A DNA stretch of 64,000 nucleotides from Spirochaetia bacterium (GTDB taxonomy: Bacteria; Spirochaetota; Spirochaetia; DSM-16054; Sediminispirochaetaceae): positions 160,001 through 224,000 of the forward strand of contig JAXHMY010000001.1 of NCBI GenBank assembly GCA_034520965.1, in the 5' to 3' direction. The notes beneath the pieces are model-generated. The model made no database searches. It was given only the letters and a program-made list of their open reading frames with translations, and was not told where the DNA came from. This document shows, in pieces, positions 9,082 to 18,303 of this stretch; the first letter of the stretch is position 1; each line of letters opens with the position of its first letter. Made by a program: the position numbers and the translations under genes.

Positions 9082-9807
9082 TTATCGAGTCCGGAGCAGC
9101 ATAGAAAGCTTAGTTTTATCGGGATGAAAGTAAACTTGGTTAAAGCAAATCTGCCGGTCGTAGAGGTCGTAGAAAATCTCTTCCCACATCTGCATGGGAG
9201 CCCCCGCAGCAGCACCGAAAGCACGGGCCACTTGCGAATTTATTCCCGCCTTAAACCAGGCGGTTGCGTAGGTGATATCTCCGTCATAGAAACGGCGCAG
9301 ATAATCGGTGAGGCGCATCTCATCCTTCCGCTTGGAAAGCATCAGACGCATGGCGGCCTTAATAACCTGCACCCGGCAGATGATCACCGGCTCACCGTCG
9401 GCAACGTACGTCCAGTCAAAGACAAACACCTCTGTGTGCTTAAACTGGGGCTTGTGTTCCAGCAAATCATCACTGGGCAGGGACAGGCTTATTGCCGACT
9501 GGTTTACATCAATATCCAAATAGCTGTCCTGCAAGATATGAACAAAATCATAAGTAATATCAAAACGCATTTCGAGGTTAAGGGCATGGGGATGACCAAA
9601 GTTACCCCGTCCCTGCCACGGTGTGATATACCCATCCTGAATTAAATCGGCCAGAGCCTCACGCACAGTGGCCCGGCTGGTTCCGTAGCGCTTGGCCAGC
9701 TGCTCCTCCGGTTCCAAACGGTTGTTACCAGGCCGCATAGTTCTAATCTCTTCCATCAAGGCACTGCGCACCCTTTGATACAATGGTTTTTCATCTTTCT
9801 TATTCAT
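9082..9807 (-). CDS. GntR-family transcriptional regulator (HutC/UTRA-like C-terminus)
   Basis: PLYQRV..RLEPEEQLAKRYGTSRATVREAL..GRGNF winged HTH. Confidence 0.88.
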   Translation of the reverse strand: MNKKDEKPLYQRVRSALMEEIRTMRPGNNRLEPEEQLAKRYGTSRATVREALADLIQDGYITPWQGRGNFGHPHALNLEMRFDITYDFVHILQDSYLDIDVNQSAISLSLPSDDLLEHKPQFKHTEVFVFDWTYVADGEPVIICRVQVIKAAMRLMLSKRKDEMRLTDYLRRFYDGDITYATAWFKAGINSQVARAFGAAAGAPMQMWEEIFYDLYDRQICFNQVYFHPDKTKLSMLLRTR

Positions 9808-11149
9808 ATGCATTCCTTCTGTAGGGTTCCTCACGGACAAATACTATGATGAGTATGCAGGACACCGCTGCCGCGGCGGCTGAGAAAGGTCCCAGCCCCC
9901 ATACTCCTAAATGCAAGTAGGCCGCCGGTCCGGTGGTGGCGGCGATAGTAGTTCCCAGCAATCCTCCGGCTACACTTAAGGACATTATCTTTCCCCGCTG
10001 AAGTGGATACTGCTCACTCAAAAGAGGAAAATTACTTACCGTAGCAAACTCAAAAAAGAAGCGCGGCAGTAGAAGGCTTACCAAAGCCAAGGGCAAGCTA
10101 ATATTTAAAAGGGGCAGCAAAGCAAAAAAGACCACCATTCCACCAGCGCCAATTAAAACACTCTTCCGTTTGCCGATACGGTCTCCTGCTATACTCACAA
10201 TAATGCTGCCGGCCCAGTCAAACAAACCCAGGAGCAATGCCACCAGCCCCAGCTTGCTCGGTGCTAATCCGTATTCCATTTCCAGCCAACCACCATGTAT
10301 AATCATTATATGGGTGATTGCAAAGAAATTAAATACATTGACCAAGACCGCCGACCAGGCCGACTTCCAGTGCTCCCCAAGATAAAAAAAGTGAAGCAAT
10401 CTGCCTGCCCATGAGCGAGGCGGTAGGGCAGATTCCACTGCACCGGCAGCTGCGGGCGCTGCAGATTGCCGGGCAGCCTCGTCCGGGACCACCTCGCCCG
10501 GCGCTGCACCAGTATCTGCACCGGCATCTGCAGGCGCTGCACCGGCATCGCCCTCAGAATCAGCGAGCTGGGGGCTTTCAGCTTTCGGCAGGGTTCCCAA
10601 CAGCACCGCTGCAGCGATAAGCCCTCCCCCCAGCACATAGAGCGGTTCTCGCCACGAGAAAAGCTCTATCAGAACTCCTATCAGTGCCAAGCCGATAATA
10701 CCGGCCAGGGCCCAGGAATACTCTACAATTCCAAGGTAGCGGGAACGCTTCTCATAGGGTAGTTTAGAGCTCAAATAGGAGTGCAGGGTGGGGGTAAACC
10801 CGCCCTGTCCCAGTCCGGCAAGCACCATGCTGAGAATTAAAACAGGCAGTCCGGCACCGGTAGACAGCAGCAGCACCCCGATTCCCGCCAGCAGCAAACT
10901 GACCCGCATAATCAGTCGATACCCGATTTTGTCGGCCATATGGCCGACCACCGGGGCTACCAGACCCATAATATTCCGCAAGCTGACCATCTGTCCCATA
11001 GTGACAGCGCTGACACCTAAGCCGGCGGCAAAGACCATCAGGAAAGGATTGTACAGCTGAACCGATGTATCGATGAACAGTTTGGCGGTCACTCCGACCG
11101 CCACCAGATAACCTACACTGGAGGTTCGTGATGTTCGTTGTTTTTGCAT
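9800..11149 (-). CDS. MFS transporter
   Basis: About 12 TM helices; motif A GHMADKIGYR and AGDRIGKRK; Ala/Pro-rich central loop. Confidence 0.88.
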   Translation of the reverse strand: MQKQRTSRTSSVGYLVAVGVTAKLFIDTSVQLYNPFLMVFAAGLGVSAVTMGQMVSLRNIMGLVAPVVGHMADKIGYRLIMRVSLLLAGIGVLLLSTGAGLPVLILSMVLAGLGQGGFTPTLHSYLSSKLPYEKRSRYLGIVEYSWALAGIIGLALIGVLIELFSWREPLYVLGGGLIAAAVLLGTLPKAESPQLADSEGDAGAAPADAGADTGAAPGEVVPDEAARQSAAPAAAGAVESALPPRSWAGRLLHFFYLGEHWKSAWSAVLVNVFNFFAITHIMIIHGGWLEMEYGLAPSKLGLVALLLGLFDWAGSIIVSIAGDRIGKRKSVLIGAGGMVVFFALLPLLNISLPLALVSLLLPRFFFEFATVSNFPLLSEQYPLQRGKIMSLSVAGGLLGTTIAATTGPAAYLHLGVWGLGPFSAAAAAVSCILIIVFVREEPYRRNAYE

Positions 11150-13212
11150 ATATTCACCATTGTTGAATGAGTTCGTGAGCCTTGGCTGGGAAGTGTCGGT
11201 CGGCTTGAGGTAAGTGCATTTACCGAAAACCGCCGGGAATCAAACCAGCGACCCTGGCTAATCGAGAGTACTCCCGGCATTATATCAGAGGTAAGCCGTG
11301 CGGTGCTATACATTTTTCCAACCGGACTGGTCAAGATTACCCGATCACCATCAGCAATACCATATTCGGCTGCATCCTGCGGGTGCATCCCCACCCCCCT
11401 CTCCGCCAGCCTGGCAAATTCGTCGATGTTGTCAAACTGTGAATTATTTCTAAACCGGTCATGGGGAGTCACAAGCTTCAAGGGATACCCAGCCCCCTCT
11501 GAATAATGGCGGTATAGGGGTATCCGATTTCCTCCGGCCGCCTCCAGCCTCCCACAGGCAACCTCTATCAGGCCCGATTCCGTCGCCAGCGGATGCTCGC
11601 CGGGGCTCCGGGAAAAGTCGGCCAGGCCAACCCGGTACTGATCTTTTCCTGCATAAATTCCTTTTATAAAAAATGCACTCTTATCATCCACCTCGCTGTC
11701 CTGCAGAAAATGGTCCAGCCACTCCTGAGCACTTTTTCCGCCGGTGAAGGCATCAGAGAAACCCAGCCGGCGGGAGAGTTCCACAAAAATGTCAAAGTCG
11801 TGGCGCGCCCCGCCCACCGGCGGTATCGCGGCGGCACTGTAGTACAGGTAGTTGCAGTGGCTGTAAATAATATCACTGCGCTCCACAAAGGTACTTACCG
11901 GCAGCACCACGTCCGAGTTGCGGGCGGTATCGGTCAGAAAATAGTCATGGCTTACCACAAACTCAGCCCGCTCCAAAGCCCTCAGGGCCTTGCGGGTGTC
12001 ACTGCTCTGTACCGCATAGTTGCCCCCCACATTGTACAAGAATTTAATATCGGCGGGATAACCTCCGGAACGGCCGTGCAGCACCGCATCCGCCCAGCGA
12101 TACACCGCCACACTGCTGTCGGCCGGATTAGGTGGAACCGGGATTTTTCCGCAGCGCGGCCCGGGCAGCACATTCCATTGACCGGCCCCCGTACTCCCGC
12201 CCAAAAGGCCCACATTACCCAGGGCCAGCTGCAGTACTCCGGCCATACGGTCGGCATCCTCACCCCCCAGGGTGCGCTGGATCGAAAGGCCCGGCAGCAG
12301 CGCCGCCGGCTGCGCGGCGGCGTAGCGATGGGCAAACTGCTCTATCTCGCAGGCGGGAACCCCGGAAGGCCCCTCTGCCCACTCAGGCGATTTAGGCGGG
12401 CTGCCGTCCCTTCCCAGAATGTGGTTCTCAAGCTCCTCAAAACCAACACTGCGGGCCTCGATAAAAGCCCTGCTCTCCAGCCCCTCCCTCAAAATACAGT
12501 AAAGCAGGGCCTGCATCAGCGCCGTATCGGTACCCGGATAAATAGGAATCCACTGGTCGGCAAAGCGTTTTACCGTCCGGGTGCGCCGCGGATCGATAAC
12601 CACAATCGGGATGCCCCGCTGCTTGGCTTCTTTCAAAACCGCTTCTGTTTCCGGACTAAAACGGGTATCTGCGGCGTTAAATCCCCACAGAATAATCAGG
12701 CGCGAATACAACAAGCTCTTTACGTCAATACCCACATACTCGGTTCCGTACATATGGGGCTTCACAAAATCGGTTGCCTCGCTGCTGAAGGAACCATGGG
12801 TATCTGTATACCCTCCGCTAAGGGCTAAGAAACGCTTGGTGAGCCGGGCGGTGTTGTGCAAGGTCCCACGGCAGGCACCGGAACCGCCAATCCGCATAAC
12901 CGCCTCCGGCCCGTACTCTAAATGGGTATGCCGGATCCGCTGGGCAACCAACTCCAAGGCCTCATCCCACGAGGCCTCTCTAAAGTGGCCATCCCCACGC
13001 CTGCCGGTTGCAATAAGTGGCCAGCTAAGCCGGTCGGGATGATACACCGTCGAAGGAAAGCGAAAGCCCCGCATACACCCGTTCATATAGCTGGTTTTAT
13101 AGCTGCTGTTTCTTATACGGGTAAGGACCCCGTCCTCCACCAGGGCTTCGAGAGGGCAGCCGGTGATACAATCACGGTTACAGGAAACCGGCACTACTAA
13201 CTTATGTTTCAT
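11113..13212 (-). CDS. DMSO reductase-family molybdopterin oxidoreductase (cytoplasmic, N-terminal Fe-S)
   Basis: CNRDCITGC...GCMRG, YHPDRL, SWDEAL, VIDPRRT, TARNSDVVLP; no twin-arginine leader. Confidence 0.9.
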   Translation of the reverse strand: MKHKLVVPVSCNRDCITGCPLEALVEDGVLTRIRNSSYKTSYMNGCMRGFRFPSTVYHPDRLSWPLIATGRRGDGHFREASWDEALELVAQRIRHTHLEYGPEAVMRIGGSGACRGTLHNTARLTKRFLALSGGYTDTHGSFSSEATDFVKPHMYGTEYVGIDVKSLLYSRLIILWGFNAADTRFSPETEAVLKEAKQRGIPIVVIDPRRTRTVKRFADQWIPIYPGTDTALMQALLYCILREGLESRAFIEARSVGFEELENHILGRDGSPPKSPEWAEGPSGVPACEIEQFAHRYAAAQPAALLPGLSIQRTLGGEDADRMAGVLQLALGNVGLLGGSTGAGQWNVLPGPRCGKIPVPPNPADSSVAVYRWADAVLHGRSGGYPADIKFLYNVGGNYAVQSSDTRKALRALERAEFVVSHDYFLTDTARNSDVVLPVSTFVERSDIIYSHCNYLYYSAAAIPPVGGARHDFDIFVELSRRLGFSDAFTGGKSAQEWLDHFLQDSEVDDKSAFFIKGIYAGKDQYRVGLADFSRSPGEHPLATESGLIEVACGRLEAAGGNRIPLYRHYSEGAGYPLKLVTPHDRFRNNSQFDNIDEFARLAERGVGMHPQDAAEYGIADGDRVILTSPVGKMYSTARLTSDIMPGVLSISQGRWFDSRRFSVNALTSSRPTLPSQGSRTHSTMVNICKNNEHHEPPV

Positions 13213-13316
13213 CCCACCATATTATGCAGCCTATAAAACAACTTGTAAATAAAGACAATACTTATTACAGTGGTTCTATAGGCTGCTTATTAAATAAACG
13301 ATTAGGGGGAATAGAG

Positions 13317-14327
13317 ATGACAGATAGAAAAGTAAGATGGGGAATATTGGGGACCGCGAAAATTGCCACCAACCATGTTATTCCGGGCTTAAAGCGAGCC
13401 TCGTTATGCGAAGTACACGCTATCGCCTCACGCAGCAAGGACAAAGCAAAAACTGCGGCAAACCAGTTTGCTATCACAAATTACTATTCAAGCTATGAAC
13501 AACTCTTAGAGGACCCTGAAATCGAAGCAATATACATCCCGCTTCCCAACCATCTGCATGCAGAGTGGAGCAAAAAAGCCCTAGAGGCGGGAAAACATGT
13601 ATTGTGCGAAAAGCCCTTAGCTCTCAACACCGAAGATATTCACGAACTTATTAAGGTACGAGATAAATCCAAACGGAAAATCGGCGAGGCCTTTATGGTA
13701 CATACCCACCCGCAGTGGCTCAGAGCCAAATCTATCGTACAGAGCCAAAAGTTCGGTGGTCTACAGGCTATTCAAGGTTTTTTCAGTTACAATAACCGCG
13801 ACCCTGAAAACGTCCGCAACAAATTCAGCCGGGGCGGCGGAGGCCTGTGGGACATAGGCTGCTACCCGGTGCATACTGCCCGCTTTATGTTTGGCGAAGA
13901 GCCCCAGAAGGTAATTGCAAGTTTTAACTACGATCAAAAATTCAAGATTGATAAAATGGCAACCGCAATACTTCAATTTCCCTCCGGCCCTGCAAGTTTT
14001 ACCAGCAGTACCCAGTTAGTCCCTTGGCAGACAATGCATTTTTTCGGTGATAAACAACGAGTAGAGATACAGATACCCTTTAATCAACCCGGCGATTTCC
14101 CCTCACGCCTCTTAGTGGACGACGGCAGCGATGTAACCGGATATCCCGAGGAGATCGTTATTCCCCCGGCCGATCAGTACGCAATCCAGGGCGATGAGTT
14201 TGCCAGGGCAATTATCGAGAACCTCGAAGTTCCGGTGCCCCTCGAGAACAGCTTGTACAATACAGCGGTACTCAATGCCCTCTTTCGTTCCGGCGAGACC
14301 GGAACCTGGGAAACACCAAAGGTATGA
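13317..14327 (+). CDS. Gfo/Idh/MocA family oxidoreductase
   Basis: WGILGTAKIA, YIPLPNHLH, GKHVLCEKP, GGGLWDIGCY. Confidence 0.92.
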   Translation: MTDRKVRWGILGTAKIATNHVIPGLKRASLCEVHAIASRSKDKAKTAANQFAITNYYSSYEQLLEDPEIEAIYIPLPNHLHAEWSKKALEAGKHVLCEKPLALNTEDIHELIKVRDKSKRKIGEAFMVHTHPQWLRAKSIVQSQKFGGLQAIQGFFSYNNRDPENVRNKFSRGGGGLWDIGCYPVHTARFMFGEEPQKVIASFNYDQKFKIDKMATAILQFPSGPASFTSSTQLVPWQTMHFFGDKQRVEIQIPFNQPGDFPSRLLVDDGSDVTGYPEEIVIPPADQYAIQGDEFARAIIENLEVPVPLENSLYNTAVLNALFRSGETGTWETPKV

Positions 14328-14343
14328 CAACTAGGAGGAGAGT

Positions 14344-15141
14344 ATGAAATCAATTGGCTTTATCGGAGCCGGAAATATGGGTTCGGCAATTGGACTGGGG
14401 CTTCGGCATGCTCACCCGGACCTGTGTATCAGTTTTTACGACCTGGATACCGCCAAGGCCGAACAGTCGGCCAAGGAGTGCCGCGGCAGAGTATGCGGAA
14501 GCTATGAAGAACTGTTTTCCGCTGCCCAAGTACTTGTCATTGCGGTAAAACCCCAGCATCTGAACTCACTTTTTTCCCAGATCCAGCAGCTAAGCGGCGG
14601 CCGGGAGTTTATCTCCATCGCCGCCGGAAAACCGATCAGCCTGTTTACAGAACAGCTGCAGACAAACAATGTCATCCGGTTTATGCCCAATTTAGCTGCC
14701 AAAGTGGGGGAATCGGTGGTCGGTATATCGGCAGTCGACGGGCTGGATGCAGAGTTTCGCGAGACCGCCTTTGAAGCGGCCCGGGCTATCGGCATACCGG
14801 TTGAACTACCGGAAGAGCTGATGCCGGCAATCACCGGCCTTTCCGGTTCGGGAATTGCCTATGTCTTTGCCTTCCTGCATGCCATGGCCCTCGGCGGAAC
14901 CGACGCAGGGTTTTCCTACTCCCAGGCACTCGAAATCGCCTATGCCACTTGCCGGGGCGCGGTGAAGGTTCTGAGCAGCGAGGGCGTCGGCCCGGCGGAA
15001 TACCTTACCCGGGTTACCTCGGCCGGAGGTACCACCATTAAAGGAATCAAGGCCCTCGAAGCAGGAGGCCTTACTCCAACGGTAATGGATGCGATCAATG
15101 CGGCCGCTCAGCGAGCACGGGAAATAGAGAACGAGCTCTGA
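14344..15141 (+). CDS. proC: Pyrroline-5-carboxylate reductase
   Basis: IGFIGAGNMG, AVKP, RFMPN, TGLSGSG, VTSAGGTT. Confidence 0.95.
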   Translation: MKSIGFIGAGNMGSAIGLGLRHAHPDLCISFYDLDTAKAEQSAKECRGRVCGSYEELFSAAQVLVIAVKPQHLNSLFSQIQQLSGGREFISIAAGKPISLFTEQLQTNNVIRFMPNLAAKVGESVVGISAVDGLDAEFRETAFEAARAIGIPVELPEELMPAITGLSGSGIAYVFAFLHAMALGGTDAGFSYSQALEIAYATCRGAVKVLSSEGVGPAEYLTRVTSAGGTTIKGIKALEAGGLTPTVMDAINAAAQRAREIENEL

Positions 15142-15229
15142 GAGCTCAAAGCCTGATACGCCCCGGGCCTCTACCGCGGGCTATCACGGGCTTGTAAGAA
15201 TTACAATGGTCAAGTAAGATAATCCCGTT

Positions 15230-16507
15230 ATGGTAGACCTTAAATATATTAAAGAAAATCCTGAAGCGGTACGGGAAAACATCCGCAATCGTTACATGAA
15301 CGTCGACGTTGATGATATCCTCGCCCTCTACGAAGAACGCAACCGACTGCTGCGGAACCTCGAAGAAATCCGTCAGAAGCGGAATGAGAATGCCAAGCGC
15401 ATGAAGGCGAAGCTCGAGCCTGAGGAGCGCAGCAGCTTAATTGAACAGGGAAAACAGCTTAAAGAGCAGATTGCCTCCCTCGAAGAAGAAATGAAGTCAA
15501 TCGAGGTGCGCCTGTGGGATGAAGCGAAGAAAATTCCGAACGCTGCTCATCCGGATGCACCAATCGGCAAGGAAGATAAGGATAATCTGGAAATCCGGCG
15601 GGTCGGAGAGCCCACCCAATTTGATTTTACCCCCCAGGATCATATCCAGATAGGCAGCAGCCTCGATCTGCTTGATTTTGAAACCGCGGCAAAAGTCTCA
15701 GGCCCTAAGTTCTACTATCTGAAGAACGAAGCGGTCTATTTAGAGATGGCCCTAATCCGCTACGCTATGGATACCCTGCAGGCCCACGGATTCACCATCA
15801 CCATGACCCCGGATATTGCCAAAGAGGAGATAGTAGAGGGAATCGGTTTCAACCCGCGGGGCGCAGAGAGTAACATTTACAACCTTGAAGGTACCGGCAC
15901 CTGTTTAGTCGGTACTGCAGAGATCACCCTGGGCGGATACCACTCCGATTCTCTACTAAAATCGGATCAGCTCCCTATTCGACTGGCCGGGGTCTCCCAC
16001 TGCTTTCGACGCGAAGCCGGTGCTGCCGGACAGTACTCCAAAGGGCTGTACCGGGTGCACCAGTTTACCAAGGTAGAGATGTTTGTCTATACCCACCCGG
16101 AGGCCTCCGAAGCGCTGCATCAGGAGCTGCTTACGATTGAAGAGGAAATCTTTCAGGGGCTTGAGATTCCATACAGGGTTGTTGATACCTGTACCGGCGA
16201 TCTTGGTGCCCCGGCCTACCGTAAGTACGATCTCGAAGCCTGGATGCCGGGCCGCGGAGAGAACGGAGACTGGGGCGAGGTTACCAGCACTTCAAATTGT
16301 ACCGATTACCAGGCCCGCCGCCTGGGTGTTCGCTTTAAGGAAGACGGGAAAAACCAATTTGTGCATATGCTGAACGGGACGGCAATTGCGGTCTCCCGAG
16401 CTATTATTGCACTCCTCGAGAACAAGCAGCAGGCGGACGGCACTATTGCTATTCCGGAAAAACTGGTTCCCTATACCGGCTTTGACACTATTACCGCCAA
16501 GAAGTAG
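15230..16507 (+). CDS. serS: Serine--tRNA ligase
   Basis: N-terminal coiled coil, GTAE, CFRREAG, GLYRVHQF, SNCTDYQARR, HMLNGT. Confidence 0.97.
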   Translation: MVDLKYIKENPEAVRENIRNRYMNVDVDDILALYEERNRLLRNLEEIRQKRNENAKRMKAKLEPEERSSLIEQGKQLKEQIASLEEEMKSIEVRLWDEAKKIPNAAHPDAPIGKEDKDNLEIRRVGEPTQFDFTPQDHIQIGSSLDLLDFETAAKVSGPKFYYLKNEAVYLEMALIRYAMDTLQAHGFTITMTPDIAKEEIVEGIGFNPRGAESNIYNLEGTGTCLVGTAEITLGGYHSDSLLKSDQLPIRLAGVSHCFRREAGAAGQYSKGLYRVHQFTKVEMFVYTHPEASEALHQELLTIEEEIFQGLEIPYRVVDTCTGDLGAPAYRKYDLEAWMPGRGENGDWGEVTSTSNCTDYQARRLGVRFKEDGKNQFVHMLNGTAIAVSRAIIALLENKQQADGTIAIPEKLVPYTGFDTITAKK

Positions 16508-16531
16508 CTGATCAAGTAACCGGATTAAGTG

Positions 16532-16744
16532 CTATTTGCACATCCGATTTACAGTAGCTATATATTGATCCTGATAATCTGAAAATACAAATTTATCATG
16601 CTTTTCCATTTCTGCACTGACTTTGCTCAGCAGGTTTTTTTCACAGACCTTACACAAGGCCTTGTCCATAATGTACACAACACCAGTTTGTTTTTTGGGA
16701 CCCGGAATAGCTTTTTTACATGCATCACATACAATTGTTAACAT
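16532..16744 (-). CDS. Small hypothetical protein with two CxxC motifs (possible zinc ribbon)
   Basis: CDAC and CKVC; GGAG RBS; fills the gap between serS and pncB. Confidence 0.7.
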   Translation of the reverse strand: MLTIVCDACKKAIPGPKKQTGVVYIMDKALCKVCEKNLLSKVSAEMEKHDKFVFSDYQDQYIATVNRMCK

Positions 16745-16869
16745 AACTCCACTCCTATTTTTTTTATCCTGTTTCTGCTCTTATTATAGTCTATAAGTTA
16801 ATTCCTTTCAAACCAGAAATTCCCCGGGCAAGATTGTTGAAATACCTCTTATCGGATATACTATAACAC

Positions 16870-18303
16870 ATGAAAAATTCAGCGTTATTAACAGATTTGT
16901 ACGAACTCACCATGATGCAGGGCTACTATTTGTATGAGCGTGACACCCAGGTGGTCTTTGATATGTTCTTCCGCACCCAGCCCTTTAACAGCGGCTTTTC
17001 GGTTTTTGCCGGTTTAGAGGATATGCTGAAGGCGGTTGAAGGTTTTTCTTTTTCAGAGGAAGACATCGATTATCTGTCGGGTTTGAATCTGTTTCATGAC
17101 AGTTTTTTGGAGTATCTGAAGAATTTTCGTTTCACCGGCGACATTTACAGCATGTCCGAGGGCACACTGATCTTTCCCGGCGAACCACTGCTGCGTGTTC
17201 ACGGCAACCTGATCGAGGCACAGTTGATAGAGAGCATGTTGCTAAATACCATAAATTTTCAATCCCTGGTGGCCACGAAAGCCGCCCGTATCTACCATGC
17301 CAGCAAGGGGGGCAAGATCCTGGAGTTCGGTCTTAGGCGGGCTCAAGGTTGGGACGGAGCTTTATCCGCCACCCGAGCCGCCTATATTGGAGGAGCTCTA
17401 GCCACTTCCAATACCCTGGGCGGAAAAACGTACGGGGTACCGGTAAGTGGTACTATGGCCCATTCCTGGATTATGGCCTTTAGATCAGAACTGGAATCCT
17501 TTGAAAAATTTGCCGAACTCTACCCCGATAAGGCAATCCTGCTTATCGATACCTTTGATACCCTGGGCAGCGGTATAGAAAACGCAATTAAGGTAGGAAA
17601 ATTACTTAAAAAGCAGGGAAAACGACTGGGAGTGCGGCTTGACAGCGGAGACCTCTCCTACCTGAGCCAGAAAGTCCGGAAAAAGCTCGATGCTGCCGGT
17701 TTGGAAGATGCCTACATCACCGTTTCAAACGATCTGAACGAAGAGATTATTCATCAGCTGGTCACCGACAACGCCCCGATTGATATGTGGGGTGTGGGGA
17801 CGAACCTTGTAACCGGAGGCTCCACCGCCTCCTTCAGCGGGGTCTACAAACTAACGGCCAAAACCATGGATGGATTGATGGTGCCCACCATGAAGGTTTC
17901 TAACAATATTGAAAAAACAACCAATCCGGGGGCGAAGCAAGTATACCGCTTTTATGACGATGATAACATGGCAATCGCCGACTTAATAACCCTGGAAGAG
18001 GAAGATTTCAATTATAACCGGCCCCACTCTTGCTTCCATCCTATGTACCCGAACACCTATTTTACGCTTTACAACTATACATCGGTGGAGCCTCTCCTTC
18101 ACAAAAAGATGGAAAATGGCAGAATCTGTGGGAAGCTGCCGAAACTTGCAGATATCCGCGAGCATACTCTTGAGCAGATGCTCAAATTTGATCCGACCTA
18201 TAAACGTATTATCAATCCCCATATTTACAAGATATCCCTCTCGCGGGCACTCAAAAACCTGAAAACCAGAATGATCGATGAGTTCAAGCATGAAGGTCGG
18301 TGA
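16870..18303 (+). CDS. pncB: Nicotinate phosphoribosyltransferase
   Basis: LLTDLYELTM, EFGLRRAQG, GTMAHSW, LIDTFD, GVRLDSGD. Confidence 0.96.
   Translation: MKNSALLTDLYELTMMQGYYLYERDTQVVFDMFFRTQPFNSGFSVFAGLEDMLKAVEGFSFSEEDIDYLSGLNLFHDSFLEYLKNFRFTGDIYSMSEGTLIFPGEPLLRVHGNLIEAQLIESMLLNTINFQSLVATKAARIYHASKGGKILEFGLRRAQGWDGALSATRAAYIGGALATSNTLGGKTYGVPVSGTMAHSWIMAFRSELESFEKFAELYPDKAILLIDTFDTLGSGIENAIKVGKLLKKQGKRLGVRLDSGDLSYLSQKVRKKLDAAGLEDAYITVSNDLNEEIIHQLVTDNAPIDMWGVGTNLVTGGSTASFSGVYKLTAKTMDGLMVPTMKVSNNIEKTTNPGAKQVYRFYDDDNMAIADLITLEEEDFNYNRPHSCFHPMYPNTYFTLYNYTSVEPLLHKKMENGRICGKLPKLADIREHTLEQMLKFDPTYKRIINPHIYKISLSRALKNLKTRMIDEFKHEGR

Noticed and set aside
9010..9645. 211-aa plus-strand ORF
   Set aside because: Starts across a terminator and is antisense to the GntR gene
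11593..12828. 411-aa plus-strand ORF
   Set aside because: Antisense shadow of the GC-rich molybdopterin oxidoreductase gene; no recognisable motifs
5408..13212. Selenocysteine recoding in the molybdoenzymes
   Set aside because: The ORFs are full length with no in-frame TGA
15141..15230. T-box leader upstream of serS
   Set aside because: Only ~90 nt, no T-box consensus; contains an imperfect hairpin and a possible promoter
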